Under the pieces are notes generated by a model that worked only from the letters and a program-made list of their open reading frames with translations, was not told where the DNA came from and did not search any database. A stretch of DNA of 62,948 nucleotides, the filler included, from a candidate division TA06 bacterium SM23_40 (GTDB lineage Bacteria > LJUI01 > SM1-40): NCBI GenBank assembly GCA_001303705.1. It is 4 parts of 4 records of this genome, joined end to end, with 100 filler letters (N's around TTAATTAATTAA, not from the genome) between each part and the next. Parts side by side here need not be neighbours in the genome. Positions count along the whole stretch, not along the records: positions 1 to 17,004 come from LJUI01000047.1; 3 more parts are not named here. The stretch is one strand, 5' to 3'. Shown here piece by piece: positions 1 through 9,285 of this stretch. How positions within the stretch are numbered: position 1 is the first letter of the stretch; each line of letters starts with the position of its first letter. The position numbers were made by a program, and so were the translations under genes.

Positions 1-1
1 C

Positions 2-1645
2 TATGTTTCGAAGACGTCGTCATATGGGACAGGGTGCAAACCGTTCTCGTTTTCTCTGTTCGTCGACTACGAGGGAGAAGACAGATATATCTGTCCGGAA
101 CCAGAGGGAAAGATCACGTTCAACAATTGGGATAGCTTCGGTGGGGTCTGGCCCGAGTCCGAGCCATATCTGTGGCCCTACGCTATCTGTCTCGATCTGG
201 GCGGGGAGGATGAGTATAGAGTGCGGCATCGAACCAACAACTCGCAGCGTCACAGCTTCGGGCACGGAATCCACCTCGACATGATGTGGGATGGGGGCGA
301 TGTTGTCGGTGTGGTCGAAAACCCGCTGGAGCCCTACCGCCCATTCCCGCTGCCGCAGGCAGTGCGGAGATCTCCCTATTATGAGGATATACGGGCGCTC
401 CAGAGCGCGGACACATTCACGCGCTTCCAGGCGATTGGGCGCATAACGCGGGCTGGACCTGCCGCCGTTCCCGTCCTCGCCGAGACGATAAGGAGGTCCT
501 CTCATAGGCAATTCAATCGCGATGTGATGGAGTGCCTTCACCATTTCCTTTCGCAGAGCGAAATCCCGGGGGCCGTAATCCCCTCGCTGGTCGCGCTCCT
601 CGGAGCGGAGGACGAGGAAGTCCGGACGGTCATGGCGGATGATTTCGGGGTGTGGAAGATCGCCGCGGCTGAGGAGGGCCTGATCGCCGCGGCGAGAACT
701 GACGGCGCCGCTTCCGTGCGGAGATTCGCCCTCAGCTCGCTCATGGAGCTCGAGTCGAGGGAGGCGCTGCCGCTGGCGAGCGATCTGGCGCTCGCCGATC
801 CTTCAGAGGATGTTCGCCGCACTGCGGTCCGCTATCTGAGCAGGGTGAGGGATGATGATGTCGATCCGTATCCGATTCTGGCGAAGGTCCTCCAGAGGGA
901 TGACCGCTCTTCGGTGCGCGTTGCGGCGGCGGAGGGCATCGGCCGGTTGCGGGATGAGCGGGGTATCAGATTCTTGCGGCGGGTCGCAGCGTCTGGTGAC
1001 GTATATCTCCAGCGTGCGGCGGCGAGGAGCCTGGCCGAGCTCTACCAGATCGAAGGAATCGAGCTATTGATCGAGTCGCTTTCCTTTCCTTCCATCGATG
1101 CCTTCTACAACTACGATCGAAATGTTCCCAATTGGATCGCCGGGTACGCCAACTTCGATCTGCCAGAGGATGAGCGATATGATCAGGAACGCTGGCGGGA
1201 ATGGTATCGTCAGCACAGGCGCAGGGTCGACATCCGGGCAAACGTCGATATGTATCGGGAATCGTTGGCGCTGACCGAGTCGCTCCGCGGCGCGTCGAGT
1301 GAGTCGCAGATTCAGCAGTACGAAGAGTTCTTGGAGAAGTACCCGGATAATGAGCGCATCCAGCGGCTTCTGGCTCAGAAGCTCAACGAAGAAGCATGGA
1401 ACATGGTCACTGCGGCGGAGGGTACGCCGGAGTTTGACCCGGAGACCGGTCTCGGGTATGCGCTTCGTGCGGTCGAGTTGAAGCCGCACCGGAACTACTA
1501 CGACACATTGGCGGAGGCGTATGTGGCGGCGGGCCGGATAGACGAGGCCATGACTGTCTGCCGGCAGATGCTGATACGATATCCGGGCGAGAAGATGTTT
1601 CTCGACCGGCTCGAACGATGTGAGAGAATGCAGGCAACTAAGTAA
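2..1645 (+). CDS. HEAT-repeat/TPR protein, 5'-truncated by window edge
   Basis: Frame is open from base 2 (YVSKTSSYG...VDYEGEDRY...LDLGGEDEY) into the listed 221..1645 ORF. PBS-lyase/HEAT-like repeats (VRRFALSSL, VRRTAVRYL, VRVAAAEGIG) and a C-terminal TPR-like segment (LNEEAW...YYDTLAEAY). Confidence 0.8.
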   Translation, partial: YVSKTSSYGTGCKPFSFSLFVDYEGEDRYICPEPEGKITFNNWDSFGGVWPESEPYLWPYAICLDLGGEDEYRVRHRTNNSQRHSFGHGIHLDMMWDGGDVVGVVENPLEPYRPFPLPQAVRRSPYYEDIRALQSADTFTRFQAIGRITRAGPAAVPVLAETIRRSSHRQFNRDVMECLHHFLSQSEIPGAVIPSLVALLGAEDEEVRTVMADDFGVWKIAAAEEGLIAAARTDGAASVRRFALSSLMELESREALPLASDLALADPSEDVRRTAVRYLSRVRDDDVDPYPILAKVLQRDDRSSVRVAAAEGIGRLRDERGIRFLRRVAASGDVYLQRAAARSLAELYQIEGIELLIESLSFPSIDAFYNYDRNVPNWIAGYANFDLPEDERYDQERWREWYRQHRRRVDIRANVDMYRESLALTESLRGASSESQIQQYEEFLEKYPDNERIQRLLAQKLNEEAWNMVTAAEGTPEFDPETGLGYALRAVELKPHRNYYDTLAEAYVAAGRIDEAMTVCRQMLIRYPGEKMFLDRLERCERMQATK

Positions 1646-1797
1646 CGCGGGATGCCACCCGGATCGTGCAAATCGGCCCGCAGGAGTCACCTCGATCTGA
1701 GGAGCACTGAGTCACGTACTGACAACGGAGGTCTGCGTCCCAGCGATCAGGAGCAGTTCATTGCGACCGAGCGGCGTCGACCGGGAAGGTGCGGGCG

Positions 1798-2712
1798 TCA
1801 GCCGGAGGGCAGTTCAGGACGTCTGATGTCGCCTTCCTTTGCTGCTTTTCCCCAGAGATCGGTATAGGTGAGTGTCCAGAGCGTATGCTGATAGGTGCTA
1901 TGCACCCCCGTTGCCACGGCGAGGTAGCAGAAGGCGACGACTGCGCCGGGCACGAGGCCAAACAGCGGATGTATGAGGAACAGGAGGACGAACGGGACGA
2001 GCAGGATTATCCCTGCGGTCACGAGGAGCAGAAAGTAGACGAACGAACTCCCGAACGCTACGAGCCAGACCGCGATCGATTCCCAGAGGTGGTTGCGTAC
2101 TGTTTCCCATCCGCGTGCTAGGGAAGCGACGACGCCGGCGCCATCTATGACGCAGGCGCGCCGTGCATAGCTGACGATGATATGGGCGGCAATGGCGCAG
2201 GCCAGGGCCGGCAGCAAGAGGACGGCGATCGCGCCCATGAGGAGGAACCCCGCGCCGGCCGGGCCGCCGGCCAGGGCGCCGAAACCTATCGTGCCGGCCA
2301 CCGCCACGATCACCATCAACACCACGGCGAAGATCGCAACCAGGACCAGAAGCTCAATGCCGAGGAGCCGCCAGAAGGGGACAAGTCCATACTGCCAGAC
2401 AAGCCCGAACCTGAGCCTCTTTCCGCCGTCGATCTCTCGTGCTGCCCTGATCAGGCCACCCTCAGAGATGACTTTCAGAATGAACAGGCCGACGAAGATT
2501 ATGATGATCAACGGGATGAGCAGGAGGAGGAGGGGAAGGAGCCAGTCTTCCGGCAACCCCCAGCCTCCCATAGAGGGCTCGCCCCACTTCTCGTGCCATT
2601 CGCCGATCGGACCGAACCCGCTTCCCCCTGCGGCGAGGAACCCGAAGAGCCACAGGTACGGATGTTGCCACATCGTACGAAGCGAACGTCGAATGAGAGA
2701 ACCGTAATCCAT
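1798..2712 (-). CDS. Multi-pass membrane protein of unknown function
   Basis: About 6 hydrophobic helices. Start MDYGSLIRRS follows a purine-rich RBS (GAAGGAGAG). Confidence 0.7.
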   Translation of the reverse strand: MDYGSLIRRSLRTMWQHPYLWLFGFLAAGGSGFGPIGEWHEKWGEPSMGGWGLPEDWLLPLLLLLIPLIIIIFVGLFILKVISEGGLIRAAREIDGGKRLRFGLVWQYGLVPFWRLLGIELLVLVAIFAVVLMVIVAVAGTIGFGALAGGPAGAGFLLMGAIAVLLLPALACAIAAHIIVSYARRACVIDGAGVVASLARGWETVRNHLWESIAVWLVAFGSSFVYFLLLVTAGIILLVPFVLLFLIHPLFGLVPGAVVAFCYLAVATGVHSTYQHTLWTLTYTDLWGKAAKEGDIRRPELPSG

Positions 2713-2783
2713 CGCTCTCCTTCCCTTCTGCGACATGTCCGCATGGAGGGCCATTGGACGAGAGGATTCACGTCAGGCGGTCC

Positions 2784-3998
2784 TCAGGTGAGCAGCTTGA
2801 CGATCCTCTCCAATGCCCAGTCGATATCCTCCTTAGTAGCGATGAGAGGCGGGGCGAAGCGGATGACCTGGCCGTGAGTCTCTTTGGCCAGGATTCCCTC
2901 CTCCATGAGCTTCTCACAGAACGTTCTCGCCGTGCCCGAGGACTCTTTCACATAGGCTCCGATCAGAAGGCCTCGTCCCCTAATCTCCTTGATGTGGGGT
3001 GAGTCCATGCCCTCGAGCTCGGACACGAAGTACGCCCCCAACTGAGCTGCCTTCTCCGGCAGCTTCTCGCCGATGATGACGTCGAGAGCAGCTATTGCCA
3101 CCGCGCAGGCGAGTGGGTTCCCGCCGAACGTGCTCCCGTGATCTCCCGGAGTGAAGACATCCATCACCTCCCGCGAGGCGAGGATGGCCGAGATGGGGAT
3201 CACGCCGCCGCCGAGAGCCTTTCCCAGAATGAGGATATCCGGGGAGATTCCATCGTACTCACAGCAGAACATTTTCCCCGTACGGCCGAGACCGGTCTGG
3301 ATCTCGTCGAGGGCGAGGAGCACATTGTGGCGCTCGCAGATATCGGCCGCCGCCCGCAGATAGCCATCATCGGGAACGATGATGCCCGCCTCGCCCTGGA
3401 TCGGCTCGACGAGGAAGGCCACGGTCTCGGCGGTGATTGCCTTCTCGAGGGCGTCGATATTGTTGTACGGGATGAGGCGGAAGCCCGGTGCAAACGGCCC
3501 GAACCCTGAGCGATACTGTTCCTCGGAAGAGAATCCGACGATCGTTGTCGTCCGGCCGTGGAAATTGTTATCGCAGACGATGATCTCAGCTCTATCTCTG
3601 GGGACTCCTTTTACCGTATACCCCCACTTTCTCGCCGCTTTGACCGCCGTCTCGACCGCCTCGGCGCCGGTGTTCATGACGAGAGTGCTCTCCATGTGTG
3701 CGAGATCACAGAGGTTCTTGCACAGCGGGCCGAACTGGTCGTTATGAAACGCCCGGGAGGTGAGTGTCAGGCGGGCCGCCTGGTCGTGGAGGGCGGCCAT
3801 GATCTTCGGATGACGGTGTCCCTGGTTCAGTGCCGAATAGGCGCTGAGCATATCGAGGTACTGTTTGTCTTCTACATCCCACACCCAGACGCCTTCGGCG
3901 CGCGCGATGACGACTGGCAGAGGAAGGTAGTTGTGAGCGCTGTACCGGTCTACCAGATCGATACATGCCTCAGTTGCACTGCACTCCTTCGTGGCCAT
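2784..3998 (-). CDS. rocD: Ornithine--oxo-acid aminotransferase (class III PLP)
   Basis: AHNYLPLPVV, YSALNQGHRHP, MNTGAEAVETA, DEIQTGLGRTG, LGKALGGG (PLP Lys), HGSTFGGNPLA. Confidence 0.93.
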   Translation of the reverse strand: MATKECSATEACIDLVDRYSAHNYLPLPVVIARAEGVWVWDVEDKQYLDMLSAYSALNQGHRHPKIMAALHDQAARLTLTSRAFHNDQFGPLCKNLCDLAHMESTLVMNTGAEAVETAVKAARKWGYTVKGVPRDRAEIIVCDNNFHGRTTTIVGFSSEEQYRSGFGPFAPGFRLIPYNNIDALEKAITAETVAFLVEPIQGEAGIIVPDDGYLRAAADICERHNVLLALDEIQTGLGRTGKMFCCEYDGISPDILILGKALGGGVIPISAILASREVMDVFTPGDHGSTFGGNPLACAVAIAALDVIIGEKLPEKAAQLGAYFVSELEGMDSPHIKEIRGRGLLIGAYVKESSGTARTFCEKLMEEGILAKETHGQVIRFAPPLIATKEDIDWALERIVKLLT

Positions 3999-4024
3999 GC
4001 GCCTCTGTCCCCCTGTTGATCTGA

Positions 4025-4531
4025 CTATTCCATCTCCTTGAACGTCTTGATGATCTCGTGTTCCGACTGAGCTTCGAGTAAGCTCCGCCGGAACTCCTCC
4101 ATCCGCACTAATGTCATGAGGTCTTTCAATACTTTAAGGTAGGTCCGGTCGTCATACGGCGGACTCACCATGACGAAGAAAAGGTGGCTCGGCCGCTTGT
4201 CGAGCGCATCGAAATCGATTCCCTCCGTCGATCTGGCAAACGCGATGACGAAGTCCTTGGCCTGGATCGTCCGGACGTGGGGGATCGCAACTCCGCTCTC
4301 GAGACCTGTTGTCGCCTTTTTCTCGCGATTGAACAGGTCGGTGAAGAGCTTGGATCGGTTCCCTATCTTGCCCGACCGCTCGAGGAGCTCGACCAGTTCT
4401 TCGAGAACTGCCTGCTTTACCTCCCACAGCAGGCGGTCCGGGCGCTCGCTCTCCCCGTCGGCGAACGCCTCCGGATCCGTCTCCAGTTCCATCTTGATGA
4501 GATCGGGCCGTAGATAACGCGCGATATTCAT
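4025..4531 (-). CDS. ptsN: PTS IIA domain protein (nitrogen-regulatory/fructose-type)
   Basis: REKKATTGLESGVAIPHVRT (phospho-His motif) and GIDFDALD. Start MNIARYL at 4531. Confidence 0.8.
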   Translation of the reverse strand: MNIARYLRPDLIKMELETDPEAFADGESERPDRLLWEVKQAVLEELVELLERSGKIGNRSKLFTDLFNREKKATTGLESGVAIPHVRTIQAKDFVIAFARSTEGIDFDALDKRPSHLFFVMVSPPYDDRTYLKVLKDLMTLVRMEEFRRSLLEAQSEHEIIKTFKEME

Positions 4532-4630
4532 CGCAAGTGCTGTGCCTCTTTCGGGTGCGATCGAACGATCCAGGGTTGCTCCCCAACAGGAGCCTTCTAT
4601 GGGCTGTCGTAACCTTCTCACTGTGCACAT

Positions 4631-4662
4631 CTTGACAAAGGGGTTGACGGTTTGTCAAGCCC
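4631..4662. promoter_or_regulatory. Inverted repeat CTTGACAAA-N11-TTTGTCAAG, probable operator/-35 region upstream of ptsN-rocD
   Basis: Perfect 9-bp inverted repeat at 4631-4639/4651-4659. Minus strand reads TTGACA-N18-CAAGAT. Near-identical to the proS promoter region at 62233-62256. Confidence 0.5.
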
Positions 4663-4741
4663 TAACCGGCATATTTCCCGGCGTGCGCGCCCTCGGACAG
4701 ACGATGGCTGGGGGCGTCGAAGACGCCCGGAAATGGTTCGA

Positions 4742-5539
4742 CTACTCCAGAGGGAGAAGGGGAATGGCGTCCGGTTCCGAGGCGGGCCTGCTGAGGTAGT
4801 AGCGGAAGGTGGTGGATAGTGTGGCGCCGGAGATATCTGCCCGCCACGTGCCGAACGGGCCGATCGTCTCCCGTGTCGTTCCCCCCAGAAGGTATCTGAA
4901 CTCGGACACCCAGGCGAGATGTTCGCCTGCAAACCATTCGATGCCGACAAGGGGGAAGAGACAGACTCCACTGTGCCACACAGTCTTTCGCGATTCGAGG
5001 TCATAGGTCTCACCTATGTCCGCACCGTCAGACTCGATCTGTCCCGAGAGGATCGTCACGCCGCCGCCGGCACCGACATAGAGGGATAGAGTCTGCGATG
5101 GGATCGTCAGATGCTGTATGACCGAGAGGGAAGTGAGATGCATGCTGCGACGGTACATCACTTCGGGAAAGATCGCAGCACGGCTTCTGTAGGAGAAGTC
5201 AGAGTATCGGAGGCTCGATGGCGGGGAGTACAGATGCTCTGCGCGGAATCCCCAATAGGGTCCGATGCCGCGCAGGAGGCTGATGGCCACGCCGGGCACC
5301 CCGCTGTCGTGCTGGCGCATCTCGAACTGGTGGTAACCATTATTGTCGGGATCGAGATATTGCGAGCGTGTCGAGAACGACAGGTCAAGCCAGCCGGCAG
5401 AGATGCCCAGTGCGGTCTTCCCCTCCAGGTCGACGCCCGATGCCGGTGGTGACGAGAGGAGCATCACGCCAGTCGCAAGCCCGAGGATGACGAAGCGGGG
5501 GAAGGCTATCTTCTCTAAGGGTGTCGGATTTCCTAACAT
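4742..5539 (-). CDS. Outer-membrane beta-barrel protein (8-stranded OmpA/OmpW-like)
   Basis: Signal peptide followed by alternating amphipathic strands (LYVGAGGG, LVGIEWF, SEFRY, TTFRYY). Confidence 0.65.
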   Translation of the reverse strand: MLGNPTPLEKIAFPRFVILGLATGVMLLSSPPASGVDLEGKTALGISAGWLDLSFSTRSQYLDPDNNGYHQFEMRQHDSGVPGVAISLLRGIGPYWGFRAEHLYSPPSSLRYSDFSYRSRAAIFPEVMYRRSMHLTSLSVIQHLTIPSQTLSLYVGAGGGVTILSGQIESDGADIGETYDLESRKTVWHSGVCLFPLVGIEWFAGEHLAWVSEFRYLLGGTTRETIGPFGTWRADISGATLSTTFRYYLSRPASEPDAIPLLPLE

Positions 5540-5663
5540 ACCTCAATGGGGGCAAACAGATGGCTTCTCCCTGCGGAGATTCAAAAATCGGCGCCTCCGA
5601 GAGCGGCGCCGAGGATGAAGATCGGTCGGTGTCCCTTGCCACCATCCCATCTCCCACAGCTCC

Positions 5664-5692
5664 ATTCTACGTATGATGTGCGAATCTGTCAA
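5664..5692 (-). promoter_or_regulatory. Sigma70-type promoter for the OMP gene
   Basis: Minus strand TTGACA-N17-TAGAAT. Confidence 0.75.
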
Positions 5693-5822
5693 GGAGATTC
5701 TGGCTCCGCCGCCATATCGGGCTGAGACGGCATTCCTCCCTGCGGGTCGGTCGGGCCCCCGCGTACAGGCCCTGGGGCCGGAGGCGGTGGACGCACAGAA
5801 ACGCGACGGGCCGAGCGTGTCT

Positions 5823-5851
5823 GCGCCCGGGGACGGGTGGTCCCCGGGCGC
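5823..5851. terminator. GC-rich hairpin downstream of the S8 protease gene
   Basis: GCGCCCGGGGAC-N5-GTCCCCGGGCGC, a 12-bp perfect stem. No clear U-tract. Confidence 0.4.
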
Positions 5852-6014
5852 TCGCGTCCGCTCCGTATGTTCGTATCATTTGACCCCATGAGAGATATGT
5901 CGTGTGTTAGCTCGATGTTGAAGGTGGCCCCTTTAGAGCGGATTCTTTCTCAGAGATGTCATGTTGTAACTGCCGGAGGTGCCTCGAGGCGCTGCCTCAC
6001 AGGGTCATATGATA

Positions 6015-9000
6015 CTATCTGAGGACGATCATCCGTCTCGTCAGTACCCTGCCGTCCGCCTCCAGGCGGCAGAAGTAGATGCCGCTTGCGACACGGGAGC
6101 CATGCGCGTCCGTGCCCACCCAGCGCACCCGATGGACGCCCGCCTGCCGCACCTCATCCATAAGGTAGGCAACACGCTGGCCCAGGATGTTGTACACGGC
6201 CAGGCGGACAGGTCCTCTCTTCGGCAGGGCGAACTCGATCTCCGTCTCGTCTCGGACAGGATTGGGGCGGTTCTGGCCGAGCGCGAGCTCGACGATCTGT
6301 TCCAGTTCTTCATCTCCGGCATCTCTCTCGACGCTCACGATGGGCCTCGTGGCGAACCCTACTCCCGAATCCCCGCTGAAGAACATCCTGTACGATTCAC
6401 CCTCGACGAAGATCTGCGGGGAGATGATTATGGTCTGATCCCAGCGTCCCGGCCCGCCTACGTCGAGTTCGCACCCATAATCACCGGGGCCGGTCTGTCT
6501 TGTCCAGATGATGCCATCTGGCGACGTAGCCGATCCGACACGGTACCTTCCGTCCTCTTCGACGATGCCGCCGTACCACATGCGGTATCTGTCGCCTTCC
6601 CAGACGACAAACGGATCCCAGACGCTCAACTGGTCGAAGCGTCCCGGATCGCCGCTCTCACTCAGGATCGGCGCGCCGTGTCGCGTCCAATTCACACCGT
6701 CCTGGGAGGTAGCGAGCCCGATCCTGTACAGGAAGTCGGGATAGCCGAACGCCGAGTACCACATGCGGTAGTCATCCGGCCCCGACTTCGATAGAAAGAG
6801 CCCGTATATGATGAACCAGTCCCAGCTGTAGTACTGACCGAGAAGGACGGGGTTGCCGCCGTACTTCTCCCACGTGATACCGCCGTCGGTCGAAGTGGCG
6901 TACCCGACCCCCGCGGTCGCGAGACCGTCGCTTCCGATGAACCACATCTTCAACGTATCGCCGTCCCTGATGACGAAGGGGCGCCAGACGAGCACATTAT
7001 CCCATCCCGAGGCGGACGGCGAGAGCACAGGGTTGGAGGGCTCCCGCTCCCACGTGAGCCCGCCATCGGTGGACGTCGCGAGCCCGATTTGGTAGACGGA
7101 GGCCATCGTATCTCCTCCCACTCCTGCGTACCACATCTTGAAGACTCCCTCATCTTCGAGCATGGTGCCGCCGACTACGAATGAGTCCCATTCGGTCGAG
7201 TCGCCAGGGGAGAAGACGGGGTTGAGCGGGCTCTTCACCCAGTTCGAGGTCCTCGGGACCCGTACCTCGAGGGTATAGACGAACTGGGTTCCCCGTTCGT
7301 CAGCGACGACGAGTGTGAAGTCTATCGTCTGGCCGACAGGGTGGCCGAGAGAGACCGTGAAGTCGAAGTCGTCGAATGTGGTAGCTATGCCTTCTTCCGG
7401 AATATCCCCGAACAGCTCGACGCTGTCGGTGATCGTAACGTATGGATCGGCCGTCGAGATGACGCCGCGCACCTCATGGCCGACCGCTGTGCCGCTGTTT
7501 CTGACCGAGACCGGGAGCTCGATCGACTCGCCCGGCTGGGCGACACCATCGCCGTTGCCCGCGCTCGTCCCCGAACTGTCATCATCGAGGTAGTAGTGCT
7601 CCAGGGTCAGGATCGGTATCGAGAGTCCGGAGGCGGCGAAGACGTCGGCGATGCCCCAGCCGTAGTCGTTATCGGGAGAGCTCGACTGGCTTGCGGTGCT
7701 GAGGAGCGCCTCGCGCACCTGCATCGGCGTCCACTCGGGGTGTATCTCGAGGAGGAGGCCGGCAGAGCCTCCGATGAGCGGCGTGGAGAATGACGTGCCG
7801 CTCCCGTACCCGTACGCCGTCGTGGTAGCCGGGTCGACAAGGTATGTGTCGACGCCGAGGGCGCACACCTCGGGCTTGGTGCGACCATCATAGGTCGGGC
7901 CGCGCGAACTGAAGGTGGCGATGATGTTCGATCGGTCGACAGCGCCGACGGCAATAATGCTGTCTGCGTCGGCCGGGGCGAGCATTGTCCCCGAGGCAGG
8001 GCCCTCGTTTCCCATGCAGTTGCAGACGACGATGCCGTTGTACGCCGCCCAGTCCGCGGCCTGGGTCGTCACCGCGCTGTCTCCGTTCATGTCAGGGTAC
8101 GTGTACCAGTCGATATATCCGAGTGAGCTGGAGACGACATCCGCGCCGAGGCTGTCGGCCCACTCGATCCCTTCGACCCACCAGTCCTCCTCCTGCGGGT
8201 ACTCGCCGGATGTGTCTTCGGTCTTGGCGAGGATAAAGCTCGCACCGTAGGCAGGTCCGATCAGGTTGCCATCGGAGAACCCCCCGAGAACAGAGAGGGT
8301 CGCTGTCCCGTGGTAGTCCTGGCCCGGCGGATCACCGGGCTCGTTCTCAGTGATATCATCATCGTTGATGAAGTCGTGCTCGGCGATGAGATCGATGCCC
8401 GTGAGTGCCTCATGGTGGCGGTTGAACCCGGTGTCGAGCATGCATACGATGACCCCGGCACCGCTGTATCCCAGCATGTGGAGGGGCAGTACATTGATCT
8501 GCTCAAGCTGGAAATCGGACAGTCCATAGTCCCATGAGAAGGCGCGGCCCGGCTGCTCTAACGGCGTAACGGCGCGGGGAGGGGCGGGGCGCACTTCCTC
8601 GCGGAAGGTTCTCCGATAGGAGACGAGAGGATTGATTGCCCGGACGAAGGGAAGCCGGGAGATCGCGCGGATCTGGTCCGGTGTGGCCTCGATGCTCACG
8701 GCGTTGAGCCAGCGCGATGTCGCGCGATGTTTCGCCCCGGTCGCCTCGATCGCTGCGATGTATTCTGATTTGACGGAGATGTCTCGGAAGTCGACGAGAT
8801 CGTCCTCTGCGCGCACCTTGGCGCGCCTGTGGAGCGTTCGCTCGGGAAATGCGGCACGGGCGGCGTCGAGGCGGGTCTGACATTCCCGTTCATCGAAGAT
8901 ACCTTTGTCCGTCAGGTAGACCCATACCTTGAGTCGCGCCTCGGGTCGGCCCTCCATCAGTTCACGAACCCGCGGCGAGATGAGCGGGATCCGCTGAGGT

Positions 9001-9119
9001 TGCGTGAGGGCAGGGTCGGTGAGGTGCTGGCCATGAGTCTGTTCAGCACCGGGCGGGGCAGCGCCCACGAAAAGGGCGGCTGCCAGGATGAGGATTCCGA
9101 ATCTTCGAGCTTGCTTCAC
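6015..9119 (-). CDS. Secreted S8 subtilase with Ig-like domain, GH32/43/130-like beta-propeller and FlgD-Ig/T9SS-like C-terminal domain
   Basis: GTG start after GAGGAGG and a signal peptide. Catalytic MLDTG, YHGT, GTSFS. Repeated (KM/RM)WY...IGLATSxDG..W blades. C-terminal QNRPNP...YNILGQRV...ASGIYFCRL. Confidence 0.88.
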   Translation of the reverse strand: MKQARRFGILILAAALFVGAAPPGAEQTHGQHLTDPALTQPQRIPLISPRVRELMEGRPEARLKVWVYLTDKGIFDERECQTRLDAARAAFPERTLHRRAKVRAEDDLVDFRDISVKSEYIAAIEATGAKHRATSRWLNAVSIEATPDQIRAISRLPFVRAINPLVSYRRTFREEVRPAPPRAVTPLEQPGRAFSWDYGLSDFQLEQINVLPLHMLGYSGAGVIVCMLDTGFNRHHEALTGIDLIAEHDFINDDDITENEPGDPPGQDYHGTATLSVLGGFSDGNLIGPAYGASFILAKTEDTSGEYPQEEDWWVEGIEWADSLGADVVSSSLGYIDWYTYPDMNGDSAVTTQAADWAAYNGIVVCNCMGNEGPASGTMLAPADADSIIAVGAVDRSNIIATFSSRGPTYDGRTKPEVCALGVDTYLVDPATTTAYGYGSGTSFSTPLIGGSAGLLLEIHPEWTPMQVREALLSTASQSSSPDNDYGWGIADVFAASGLSIPILTLEHYYLDDDSSGTSAGNGDGVAQPGESIELPVSVRNSGTAVGHEVRGVISTADPYVTITDSVELFGDIPEEGIATTFDDFDFTVSLGHPVGQTIDFTLVVADERGTQFVYTLEVRVPRTSNWVKSPLNPVFSPGDSTEWDSFVVGGTMLEDEGVFKMWYAGVGGDTMASVYQIGLATSTDGGLTWEREPSNPVLSPSASGWDNVLVWRPFVIRDGDTLKMWFIGSDGLATAGVGYATSTDGGITWEKYGGNPVLLGQYYSWDWFIIYGLFLSKSGPDDYRMWYSAFGYPDFLYRIGLATSQDGVNWTRHGAPILSESGDPGRFDQLSVWDPFVVWEGDRYRMWYGGIVEEDGRYRVGSATSPDGIIWTRQTGPGDYGCELDVGGPGRWDQTIIISPQIFVEGESYRMFFSGDSGVGFATRPIVSVERDAGDEELEQIVELALGQNRPNPVRDETEIEFALPKRGPVRLAVYNILGQRVAYLMDEVRQAGVHRVRWVGTDAHGSRVASGIYFCRLEADGRVLTRRMIVLR

Positions 9120-9285
9120 AGCACATACCTCCTCTCTCGGATCTTGCGTTGAGCGGCGCAAAATAGTCTGGTAAATGCGCGAGGTCGAGCAGGTGGGAGC
9201 TGGACGCTGAGTACCCACCTGAAGATACGTTTGACGCTTGTCCGGTGTTCCAGGGCGCTTGGTGCAGGCGGGATGCGATTCCATC

